Source of the DNA: Basidiobolus meristosporus CBS 931.73
Lineage: Eukaryota > Fungi > Basidiobolomycota
Direction of reading: 5' to 3'
Length of the DNA: 36,060 nucleotides
Assembly: GCA_002104905.1 (NCBI GenBank)
Contig: MCFE01000792.1
Coordinates: forward strand, 1 to 36,060
In this document: one piece after another, positions 22,964 to 34,328 of the stretch
Layout of the letters: every line of letters begins with the position of its first letter
Position numbering within the stretch: the first letter of the stretch is position 1
Program-made: the position numbers and the translations under genes
The notes under the pieces: generated by a model
What the model saw: the letters and a program-made list of their open reading frames with translations, nothing else
The model's database searches: none
Told to the model about the DNA's origin: nothing

Positions 22964-23484
22964 TGTCATGATCACATGACAACCATGAACACCCATGCCA
23001 AGTTTCAGCTTCCCAGCTCAATTTCTAAGAGATTCCTTCCGGAACCTTCTACCACCTTCCAGAAAGTTCCTGACCATTCCAAACCATTGTTACACAATGG
23101 AACATTCCATGGAAGCTTTCCATCGTATTTTTTATAGTCCAGTACCATATATGGAAATACCAGGTCACATGACTTAGTCACATGATCAGGTGACCCAATC
23201 CATTTCCCCATCCTGTCTCAGTACCGTGTCATCTATGTCATTATCCCCAGCACCATTGCTGTGCCTCACCCCACAACCCCATTAGTATTAGCTAACATCT
23301 CTCGGCATCAATATAGCCAAAAAGTATATATAGTCCTATCCCCCCTTAAGTATTCCTCAGTCTGATAAACACAGGTCTTGAATAAACAGCCTTGCCTTGA
23401 ATCCTGCCTTGCCTTGATGGTCCACACCTAAGTCCTTTCCTGCCGTGCCTAGCTTTTCCTCCTGCCTTGTGTCTATTCATAACA
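22964..23484 (+). repeat. 3' LTR
   Basis: Identical to the 5' LTR except 23098 T (vs 17718 C) and 23303 C (vs 17923 T). Confidence 0.97.
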
Positions 23485-23545
23485 AATTTGATTTTATTAG
23501 GTCAAAATTAGGACTAGTCAGTATGAACATTTGGTTGAGTGGGAG

Positions 23546-23975
23546 TATTGTAGAAGCCTGGAACTCCACCTAGATATTCACCTCACTTGGTCACTTAGAT
23601 CCTTACCTACAAGTCTTAGTGAATACTTCCCAAATTCCTTTTTGGTACTTAGAATATTTTCACCAAAATATCAGGTTCCCAGAACATGAAAATTAGATAA
23701 GTTGTCCAAGCAGCCCCAAACTTTGCACACATGTTCTTGGGACCTTCCTAAGCCTATTCTACATGTTTGTTATGCCAAGACCATGTAAAAGTATAAATAC
23801 TACTTTACATTCAATAAAGTATTAAGTGAAAACCACATAGACTACTTGTTCTCCCAATCACTTCCAATATCTCCAAGACTCTTACCACTTTCATATTTTA
23901 TATATCATCAAGCAAAAACCATATGATCAACTTATTCCCCCAATCACTTCGGATATCTCCACAACTCTTACAACA
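23546..23975 (+). repeat. Copia 3' LTR
   Basis: T(A)TTGTAGAAG...CTTACAACA after the PPT; homologous to 7304-7947; ~45-bp duplicated U5 end (~23845 and ~23931). Confidence 0.8.
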
Positions 23976-24345
23976 GCTATTGCTTGCAAAAATGTGGAGT
24001 AGAAACGATATGAGCTTTTGTACGAACCAGGAAAGCTTAGAGATTGCTAGGAAGCTGAGTGGGAAGTGGGGGCTTTAGTGTGGCCCTGTGGATGATTGGG
24101 TGGCATGGGAATTGCTTCCAACAAACAACTCATTAAAACGACCTTTGGAGTTGCCGAGCCAATACGTGATCATCGGCACAATACGATCCGGACCCATGCA
24201 TAAAAATCTCATAGCCGCAGAGGGATCCTCATTCTGGAGTCTTGAGATGACCACCTGTCGATCACATGATCATCCGGGGGATGAGCAAGCGAACTAGGTG
24301 AAGTCAAAATTTTGCCCAACCTCCGCATTGAATTCACTAGCCGAT

Positions 24346-24716
24346 ATGAGCAGCCAAGCAGAGGCCAACAGCAACGCAACCACGTACAAGCCCTTGGACC
24401 GTGCGGCACGAAAGAAGTGCTGGGCAGCGAGGGACAAGTTCTTCGAGGCGTTGGACGAGAAAGCCATCGTGGACCCGGCGGACCCGCAGGTGAGACAGAA
24501 CGAGTCGCTGGTTGAGAAGGAGAAGGCCTTCAAGGAGGCGTGTCCATTGAGCTGGGTAGGTCACTAGAACACCAAAACTCAACTCTCACCCTCCAACTAA
24601 CCGGTTCTTCCCGGGGCCCTTTCTCTCTCTAGTTCGATCATTTCAGCCGACTCCGCGTACAAGAGGCCAAGATCAACGAATACAAAACCCTGATGAACAA
24701 CCCCAAGTTCAAATAG
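24346..24716 (+). CDS. COA6: Cytochrome c oxidase assembly factor 6 (COX6B/COA6 family), 97 aa; exons 24346-24555, 24633-24716
   Basis: RKKCWAARDKFFEALD...FKEACPLSW|FDHFSRLRV matches the COA6 pattern; GTAGGT..CTAAC..TAG intron. Confidence 0.85.
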
Positions 24717-25085
24717 CCCCGTCCGCACCCCCCTCGAGCCCATTTCCTTTCGCCCACCCCGGTGGGAGTTTACCGCCACCCAACACCCAAAACAGCATAT
24801 ATAAAAGCCTTCAAGTGGAGCCAAAACCTCGGTTGTTGGGTCGTGGGTTGCTCGGTATATGTACCAGCTGGCAACTGCAGTTTAATGGAGCAATATGGTG
24901 GTGGTACGGTATGAAATCCGCTTGATGTACAATACATAGATTCATCTCGATCATTCAAGGACGAGGCAGGGTTTATAGACTAGATGTGCACGTAGTAGCA
25001 AGGAGGATGGGATGGGTGTTACATGGGTGTTTCGGACATAAATGATGTCAACAGCAAACGGGTCCGCGCAAGGATGGCACCCGCT

Positions 25086-25961
<876 letters not shown>

Positions 25962-26109
25962 TCGGGAAAAGGGCGCTGGGTGCAAGAGAGGCGGTCAGCT
26001 GCGTAATCGAGGGGAAGCAAAATTCCATGTTGCTGATCTCGCATAAACCGGAGGTTATCTTGAGCGGCGATTTAGGCGACCAAGGTTAAGTCCCTCGTGT
26101 GATCGGGGA

Positions 26110-26115
26110 ACGCGT
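26110..26115. promoter_or_regulatory. Possible MCB (MluI cell-cycle box) in the SIW14/DBF4 divergent promoter
   Basis: ACGCGT ~300 bp upstream of the DBF4 ATG; a single hexamer is weak evidence. Confidence 0.3.
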
Positions 26116-26408
26116 AGCAGACTCGGTACGTGCGATGGACCGTTTCACTCAATAGAGTTATTGCTCGCCAAATCAAGCCCCGGGATTTCCAAATTCGGGA
26201 GAAAGCCGAGAGTGATCCAGGGTGACCGCTGACCATTGGTGGTGGAGCACCTATTTTTGGATGCGCAGGCAGGAAAAAAAGCGATTCTCGTGTGAGCGCG
26301 ACATACAAAACCAAGTCCCCCCCAGGCCCGGCTTGGTTTCCAAAAGGTGTGGTTGAAACGGAGAGTATCCCAAGGGTTATTCAGCAACTCAGTTTATTGT
26401 TTGGTGAA

Positions 26409-28664
26409 ATGGGTAGGTCTACACTCTCTTGCTATGGTGAAGTTGCCCAGACAAGTGCCGTTTGGGACCAACCAAACTGCAACTTCCGAACATCCAGAAA
26501 GAGAGTAGTAGAAGCAACCTCCGACAGTGGTTCGGAGCAATCTGATTCGGTTCGGGTGGTTAAAAAACCGAAGCGAATGAAACCCTCGCTGGACAAAGTT
26601 TCCCCGAACGCGACACCCAAGTCGAGCGCGCTCGACGTCGCGGTTTGGGCCAAGGCTTATCGTAAAGCGTTCCCAAATTTCCTCTTTTATTTCGACCAAA
26701 TCGACGAGAATGTCAAGCAACAGCTTGCTCCCCAGATTCGGCGACTCGGTGGGGTGAGTGTCATAGGAAACTTTTTTGGGTCAGGCGGGCAGTGAGAAAC
26801 TAACGTCTTGCTGTGTAGAGAATGGAGCCCTTCTTCTCGTCAAAGATCACCCATCTTATTACCTGTCAAAGCAAGTCCAATGAATCTCGGTATATGAGCC
26901 CCAGTAAGTCGTCTCGAGCCTTCCCTATGTCCCCAACTGCATCCAAGGTAACCATGCACATTCGCCTCGGTGTTCTTCTCAGAAGCTAACCTTCCACAGA
27001 CGTCCGTTGCCTCTGAATTGGCTCAGAAAGCCAGTAAATGGGGAATCAAAGTATGGACCACCCAGAGTAAGCACATCCCTCACCCAACATCACTCCAACC
27101 ACAACTCACACATCTCTAGAGCTTTTCAATGTTCTTCGCCACCTACTCAAGTCACCTATGAGCAGCCTTTCTCAGCCATCCAAGCCATTGACCGACGTGC
27201 TGCGGGACGAGAAGATGTTTGGGATAAGCACACACTCGTCATTATCAACGAACTCTTCGAACGTTCATTTCCTCAAGCAGATCTACCTGTTGGTGGAAGA
27301 TACAACGAAGGCGCACCGGCCCATAGCAGTACGGGAGTATTTCGGCGGCGGCGGTGGCATCACGTGGCCCAAGATATACCGCAACACCGAGGGGAAATGT
27401 CCGTTTATCAAATACGAAGAGGAGCCGAAATCCTCGAAAACCCCGCAGATCTCCAGCAGGCATCTGAACTCCAACACGGCTGCCACCCCACAGCCAGCCA
27501 CGCCCATTTCCATAGCCACCAAGCCGAGCCCCGTCATAGTGATTCCCAAGAAGCCTGGGTACTGTGAGAACTGCCAGGCCAAATTTGCTGATCTGGAGGA
27601 GGTAGGCGTTGATTGGCACGCATCCCGGTGACCTGCTCGCTAATTATCCACCCATCTAGCACGTGCACTCCCCGATTCACTGCAAGTATGCCCTGGACAA
27701 CAGCAGCTATGTTGAGCTTGATGCAATCCTGGAGTCTGTCACGCGCAAAGCTGCGCCAAGTCTCCCGGTGGAAAGTCCAGAGTCCGACTCGGAAAGCACA
27801 GTTTCCAGCATAGTGTCTGGCCCAGCCCAAGAGTACACCGACGTCTACCAGACAACCAACGATGAGGGTGATCTGAGCGATGAAGGCTATGCTTCCCTCA
27901 AAACCATCTCCGATAGCGAACCTACCGGGGACCAATCGGCCACTCAATACGACATCAAGGAGCCAACTCCCATTCTGGGTGACCACTCGGGACCGACTGA
28001 AGATGATCCGAGGATCTCATGCGACCATCAACAGCACCCTTTAGAAGGAACCCTCGCAGCTGAGGTCGAAAACTTCGATCTGGATCCGTACTTCACCATG
28101 GAACAACCTCAGCTGTACAACCCACCACAACGGCATGACTTCCAGTCCACACAATTCGCCCCAGAATATATGGCTCAACCATTCCATGACCAACATTACG
28201 CTCAGACCGACTATACTCTTCACCAAGTCCCAACCCAGGAAGAAATCTATGCGGCGATTCGAGACTTTCAACAATATGTTCAAGGAGACGAGTGTGCAGT
28301 TCCCGCCCTCGAAGAGACTCTCTACCCGCCAAGTGTAGAGCCTACCTACGATGCACTATCCGCCAGAGAGGCACTCTACTGCCCCCAGGTCAATTACCAG
28401 CCCATGAGCGGATACCATGAACAGCCTTTGTCGTATGGCACGGGGAACGACTTTCTTCCCAACGGGGGATTCCTGAAGCCTAACCAACGCATGAGCATAC
28501 AAGAGCTACTGCTGACGGATGTCGGCTATTTCCTGAACAACGGCTATCCCACGACACCCCAAGTGGATACTTGGTACCCCGACAACAACAACAACAACAA
28601 TCATCATAATCACCAAGCCAGCTACCTCCACAGCTACGTGAACAGCCAGTTCTCTGTACCATAG
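26409..28664 (+). CDS. DBF4: Dbf4/Dfp1 regulatory subunit of Cdc7 kinase, ~675 aa; exons 26409-26753, 26819-26947, 27000-27066, 27120-27601, 27660-28664
   Basis: Motif N (W..AYRKAFPNFLFYFD..LGG|RMEPFFSSKITHLIT), motif M (YLLVEDTTKAHRPI), zf-DBF (KPGYCENC..LEE|HVHSPIH); four GT-AG introns; start codon choice inferred. Confidence 0.9.
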
Positions 28665-28870
28665 TATATGCCCCCTCTCCTTGTAGATTTCCCTCACCTC
28701 CCGTATGGTTGTACTATTACGCAAATAAACCGATTCAATGAATGCGATGTTGAAACATGTGGAGATTTTATTCTAAGTAGTGATGGGAGAGGCAGGGGAC
28801 CCAAATGGAGACAAATAGATGCGTGAGTCCAAGATATAGTATGCTGGGGAGAATCATGCGGTCGGTTCTT

Positions 28871-29572
28871 TCACAAGCGAACTCCGGACTCGCGCACCTC
28901 GCGTTGACTCTCCAGTTTGGCCTTTCGGATGCTTGTCAAGTCGACCAGATCGAACAATCTCTTGGTTGGCTCATCCTTGTTGTAAGGGAGTTTGTCGTTA
29001 CGGTCGTAGGTGATGCCCATGTACTTGCGATCAGGTCGCTTGGGATCGACATAGAACTGAACGTATCCGGGCTGCAGAGCGAAAAGGGTGTGGTCTTTAC
29101 CGATGCCAACCTAAGAGGATTTACTACGTCAGGTCGTTGCTCAGCATGGTTCAGCCACAGCTAAGGAGAGGGATACTTACGTTCAAACCAGCATGGAACT
29201 TGGTACCGCGTTGTCTGACAAGAATGTTACCGGGAACAACAAATTCACCTAAAGAAAGCCGGTCCAAGTTAGACTTGACCTATTCTGGGTTCACTACCGT
29301 TCGACGTAGACGTACCCCCGAATTTCTTCACTCCCAAACGTCTACCAGCGGAATCACGACCGTTCTTGGAGGAACCACCGGATCTCTTTGTAGCCCATCT
29401 GACTTGGATACCGCCTAATGTGCTAGAGGTTACTACAAATGCCAGGCCAAAAACCGCGCGTGCTATCCGCCGACTTACCAATGATACCGCCAAAACCAGG
29501 GTTCAGCCCCTTGGAAACGTTGGATAGAAGGCCGACAGAGCTGCGAGCTGTATTCAACAGGAAACCCGACAT
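28871..29572 (-). CDS. MRP7: Mitochondrial ribosomal protein bL27m, 166 aa; exons 29572-29479, 29414-29316, 29248-29181, 29110-28871
   Basis: Presequence-like N-terminus then [57 protein letters not shown]. Confidence 0.93.
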
Positions 29573-29859
29573 GTCAAATAGAGTAAAACGGATAAGGTGT
29601 AGGGAAAACGAGCAAGTCTGGTTAGTGAACTCGGTCAAATGGAAAGAGCAATTTTTTTCCCGGATCGTACCTTGCCAAACCCCACCCCCACACGTTCGAT
29701 CAATCTAATAACTAATTCCACCATGTCCAGGATGTTGCTTAAATTCATGGAAGATCGTCTAGTTTGGGCAGCTTTCTTGATGTTTCAACTAGACTTTATT
29801 AAACACTACAAAACTTCACATCGTATGGAATTGCTTTTATATTATGCACAGATCAATCC

Positions 29860-32800
29860 TTAGTTCTTCTTTCTGAAAGAGCCAAAGCCAAACTTCTTCG
29901 AGTTTCCTTCACTAGCCTCACTGTTGATTGTTGCGGCGTCCAAGGGGATACTCGAGTTCATTCCGCCCTCAGGAGTGAAGTCGATGCGGAGCTTGATGTG
30001 TCCCTTTTGAGGATTGTTCAGTGGGACGATAAACTCATCCGACATGACGTTGCTGGCAGGATGCACACGATCCCAAACATCCAATTCGAATTCACCCAAG
30101 GTGGAGTCTTGCAACAGGTTGTGGTCCCGCACCGAGAAGTGTAATCTGACGCGAGATCCGTTGGTAGGGAGGGTGAAATGCTCGTTCCACACTGGCGTCA
30201 AGGTCTTTTTAATCACCTTGGTTTTGTGCAACACCTTCCTACCCCATCTAACCTTGATATATGGATCGCATGCACTATTGCTGTCGGATGCTGACACATT
30301 TTGTCCGTCCACCACTGTGATGGTTAGGGTCCCAGGCTGACCGGTAGATTCAGTTCCAAATGTTTCCGGCCCACTGTCCGCGGTAAAATCACTGGCGGCC
30401 TCAGGAATGGAATCAACAGACTCGCCGGGAGTCACTGGTGTTGCCACCGTTTCAACAGGAATGCTGGTGACTGCTGGGGCCACGACGGGGCTAGGGTTGT
30501 TCACCTCAGGAGCGACGGGTGGGGCTACTTCTGCGCCATGCTCGGACTTCTTCTTTCCCATTCCAAAGAGTCCCATGGCACCACCCACAACGGATTTACC
30601 TGCGCCTAGGGTACCACCAACAACAGATTTACCTGCACCGAGGGTACCACCGACAACAGATTTACCTGCACCGAGGGTACCGTCAACTACTGACTTCCCA
30701 GCGCCTAAGGTTCCCCCAACAACGAATTTTCCAGCTTCGAAAGTTCCTCCGACTACTGACTTTCCAGCCCCAAGGGTACCGCCAACCACGGTGGCAGCAC
30801 CGCCTAGCGCAGCACCTCCAAGTGTTCCTTTACGGTCAGACAGCATTCGACCCACGTGCTCAGGAGTGAAGAGCAAGCGTAAGGTTAGGCTACCTTGGCC
30901 GGTGGTGAGTGGGAACTCCTTGGTGCACTCAACCATTGGCTCTAAATCCTTGGCATTGATTTGCAGACTGCCTAGGAGTTCTTGAGATTGGAATTGGTTC
31001 CAATCAAAGATTTCGAACAAAAATACATCCTGGTTGCGTGCCATTAATGGTGCAGTGAATTCCTCATTAAACTCCGGATTCAAGTTCTTCTTGATGGTTT
31101 TCGATTTGAAAACCTTCTCATCATTCACCTTCACTCGGACGAAAGGATCGCTAAAGCCGCTAGAATCGACAGATGCCAGATTGCTGGCTTTGATGATCTT
31201 GACGGCAACCACACCCTTGTTGGTAATGCTTATTGCTTCATCGATCTCCATATCCACAGGAGTGAACTTGAACGCCAGTTGAATCTTTCCGGCGTGATTC
31301 TCAAATTCGTACCACGAGGATTCAGTGGAGTTGGATTTGGTTAGCAAGTCCAAAATGTCAGGTACAGGGATGGTTGTACGTGCAATCTCAGTACCACTTT
31401 CGTTGGCTTGACGGAGTAGCACGGAAATCTTGGTGAACAGGCTCTCCTGAACGAAGGCTTCGCATTCTTCGTTGAATATAGGGTCAGTGACCTTCTTCTT
31501 AACAGCCGTACGGTGAACGACATTATACTCGTTGTTGTTGATTAGAACTTCGGCAAAACAGGTATCCAACTGTTTCTTGGTTTCTTTGGTGCCTCCAATC
31601 AGAACCGACAACAACCCAGTGCTGAATCGGGTATAATCAATGGGCTCGGGTGCTGTTTCTTCCAACTTCTCCACAGCCGCAGTTTCGTTGATCTCTCCCT
31701 TGTCTGTCGTAACTTCTTCCTCGTGCTTCTCCTCAGAACGAGCAATTGGATCGATGGGGTAGAAATGAGCTTTGAAGTGAATAGTTCCGCGGTCCTTATT
31801 CTCCAACTGAATTACTTGCTCATATTCCTTGACTTCACCTTCACCGTAATAACCTTCGGCGACCTGAGGTCCCAGTAACTCGGAGACATTAATCGAAGTG
31901 CTTCCCATCAATGTATCCTTTGAGTAATTATCCCAGTTGTACACCTCCAGGACAAATGTTTCCCTGGGGTTGCGTACTCCAATGAAGTGAGTTTCATTCC
32001 AGATGGGATTCAGGTTATCCTCAATGACTTCGGTTCGGGCCTTCTGCTTGTTGGCCACTGAAACGATCACGTAAGGATCGGCTTTCCCGATAAGATCGGT
32101 GTTCTTCAACTTCTTTGCGGAAATCAACTCCAGGCGGACTGCGCCGATCGGAGGAGCAAGTCGACCAGCCGACAAAACCCCTCCTTTGATGACGACAGGT
32201 CTCCAAACAAAGGACATTCTAACCTTGCCGGATGAACCATTTAGATTGTACCACGGGTTCTCGCTGTTCCTCTCAATGGCCTCAGCCAGGGAAACGTTGA
32301 AATTGCCAATGACAGGATCGGTTGTGAATGCGCTCTCATCAAGAACATCCACACCAAAGACCGCGCTCTCCTTGTCACTGATAAACATCTCGATACTCTT
32401 CTCCCACAAAGGATTACTCTTTTTCTTGATGACTTGAGTTTTAAGAATGCTGTTGTTGTTCAACTTAACAACACCATACGCATTACTGGAGGGGAGGTCC
32501 TTGGCTTGGTGGATGAACACCTTGAGAACACCACTGTTGGATTCCACAGGAGACTCTGTCCCATCTTCGTTTTTAATGGGCGGGACAACGGGGAAATAGC
32601 TGACGTCATATAGCAATTCTCCGCACTGCTTGCCACCCTCTCGGATGACCTTCCCAAGGATATCAGATTGCTCGGGAGAATCGCTTAGAGATGACAAATC
32701 AAAGGAGACTGTACCCAAGCTGCGATCTTTCTGGACATCCTCTTTATCGTAAATCTCCAGGTTTAGTGCATCGGCAATGCTGTGTAGGAGGATATAATAG

Positions 32801-34328
32801 GTTTCGTCCCAAACTGGATTGACGGTATTATCTTTGACCGAGGTTCGGGCAAGCTCAGCGCGGCCATTGCATCGCAGAACAACGTAGGGATCGGACATAC
32901 CAATCAGCTCTAGGTTTTTGAGATTCCTGGCACTACGAACGTTTACCTTCAAGACACCCACCGCAGCATCCATGTCTACACCACTCATCAACTGCTCCAC
33001 GTCAAGAGTGAATACGTTTGGTGCATACATCATCGGACCTAATATAGCATTGGTTTGATCCCTAATAAAGGTTTGCAAACCTGGGATGTGGGCAATATCG
33101 AAACCAAAGGTGTCGCCGCCAAGAGGTTTCAACACGTAATCAATAACTGGCGGCTCCATGAAACTCACATCTACAGTTTTGACGTGGGGGAAGGTACTCA
33201 TCAGGTGGAGAGCGATTCTCATCCTTCCCTTGAAGGCAAAGTCTTCAACCAACACGGGCATACCAGCGCCAACGAATCCCTTGCCTACGCGAATCTCCAG
33301 GCAAATCTTGGGGTTGGTCTTCTTCTCCAGCTCACGCTTGGTCAGATCCATAATGTCATTCGGAGTGAAAGAGAATTCCCACTCCATTTCTACTTTATCT
33401 TCGTCATCGTTGAGCAATGTTTTAACGGAATCCACTCTTGGAGCCTTGGTGCCCAAAGTGAAGTGAGAAAGGCGAAGAGAGTCCAAAAAGCCTGGGGTGT
33501 TTTCAGCCAGCACTCCATCGCCAATTTCCACCACGGTGGCCGAAAGGACTGGCTCGTAGATAAGCCAGAATTTACTGACAAAGCTGTTCAACCATTCGGT
33601 TGACTCGGCATCTTGGAACAGCTTGTTGGTAGCCAGCTGACGTGTGATATCATCACGGACATTACGACGATGACGCTGCACGGAGTTAGCATAATACTGT
33701 GTGCCAAAAGCGATCACGATCAAGCACCACCCAAAACCAAAGTACAAACGGGACACAAGGAAGCCACCCAATACTAAGGTGACGATGGCAATATAGTTCT
33801 GCCACTCTTGACCACTGTATTTACTTATGTAGTCTGCGTTAGACTCGCGCCAGCCAAGCACTGGGGGAGGAAGTTCTTTCTTAGGCTTGACGGCAGCTTT
33901 GCCCTCATTCACCTGAGCTGGCTTTGAAGATTCGGCTGCAAGGGTGGTTTAGTTTCGGAATTTTTTTCGTTGCCCGTAGGTAGCGTGGCATCACTGATTA
34001 AAGTTTTGGCAGATGGGCCATCCAAGAGAGGATTGTTTACGGTTACGTCGGAGACGCCAGCGGCCTCTTTGGCTTTCCTTGCCTTCTCTTCCGGGGTGTC
34101 ATGGGGATCAAACGTATGAACCGGCGCCTTAGAATCGGACATAATTTGATCAGCCTCCACGCGAGCCTCAGCTACGCGTTGCTCAGTAGAAACCTCGGGC
34201 TCCGTGGTGGCCTGGCTTACATCTTCAGCAGGTAGACTGGGGAGGACTTTCTCTGGTGCGTCCGCACTGGAGACTGGAGGGGTGGGTTGGATCGGCTGGT
34301 TCAGCTCAAGACCAGCTTCGTTTGACAT
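29860..34328 (-). CDS. TCB: Tricalbin / extended-synaptotagmin homolog (hairpin TM, SMP, six C2 domains), ~1469 aa if intron 33994-33936 is spliced
   Basis: 1350-aa ORF with TM segment, ESTEWLN..FW SMP start and C2 motifs (DPYV, NPVWDE); upstream ORF 33909-34328 with HTFDPHDTPEEKA is out of frame and needs a 3n+2 intron or 1-nt correction. Confidence 0.92.
30568..30798 (-). repeat. Coding tandem repeat, 7 x 33 bp (GKSVVGGTLGA)
   Basis: Seven consecutive 11-aa units between the fifth and sixth C2 domains; units differ mostly at third codon positions. Confidence 0.92.

Larger units (their letters stand above)
17584..23484 (+). mobile_element. Young full-length Ty3/Gypsy chromovirus (Tf1/Tcn1/Maggy-like)
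   Basis: 521-bp LTRs (TG..CA) differing at 2 positions; TSD AATTT (17579-17583, 23485-23489); gag, pol with chromodomain; PPT abutting the 3' LTR. Confidence 0.98.
16701..23975 (+). mobile_element. 3' part of a decayed Ty1/Copia element (RT, RNase H, PPT, 3' LTR), split by the young Gypsy at 17584-23484
   Basis: KKFKMSDLGELSYYLGIQF, YQSKVGSPMY, YSEADW..DRRSTTGY, KQPTVALSTTEAEY, EMIAGIFTKPLARHK|FDFIRSKLGL reading across the insertion; PPT GAGTGGGAG at ~23537-23545. Confidence 0.88.

Noticed and set aside
26292-26408. 39-codon in-frame extension upstream of the DBF4 ATG
   Set aside because: It starts at GTG, lies in the short divergent promoter and shows no recognisable motif; ATG 26409 preferred.
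27007-27567. 186-aa alternative-frame ORF inside DBF4
   Set aside because: It crosses an intron and overlaps the frame that carries motifs M and C.
28583-28611. AAC microsatellite
   Set aside because: Ordinary poly-Asn tract within the DBF4 tail.
30407-30985. 192-aa plus-strand ORF with PPTTDLPAPRV repeats
   Set aside because: It is the antisense reading of the tricalbin 11-mer repeat; variation is synonymous in the minus frame.
33960-33967. A AAA AAT slippery heptamer as the bridge between the two tricalbin ORFs
   Set aside because: A -1 shift there meets TAA three codons later, before the downstream ORF opens.
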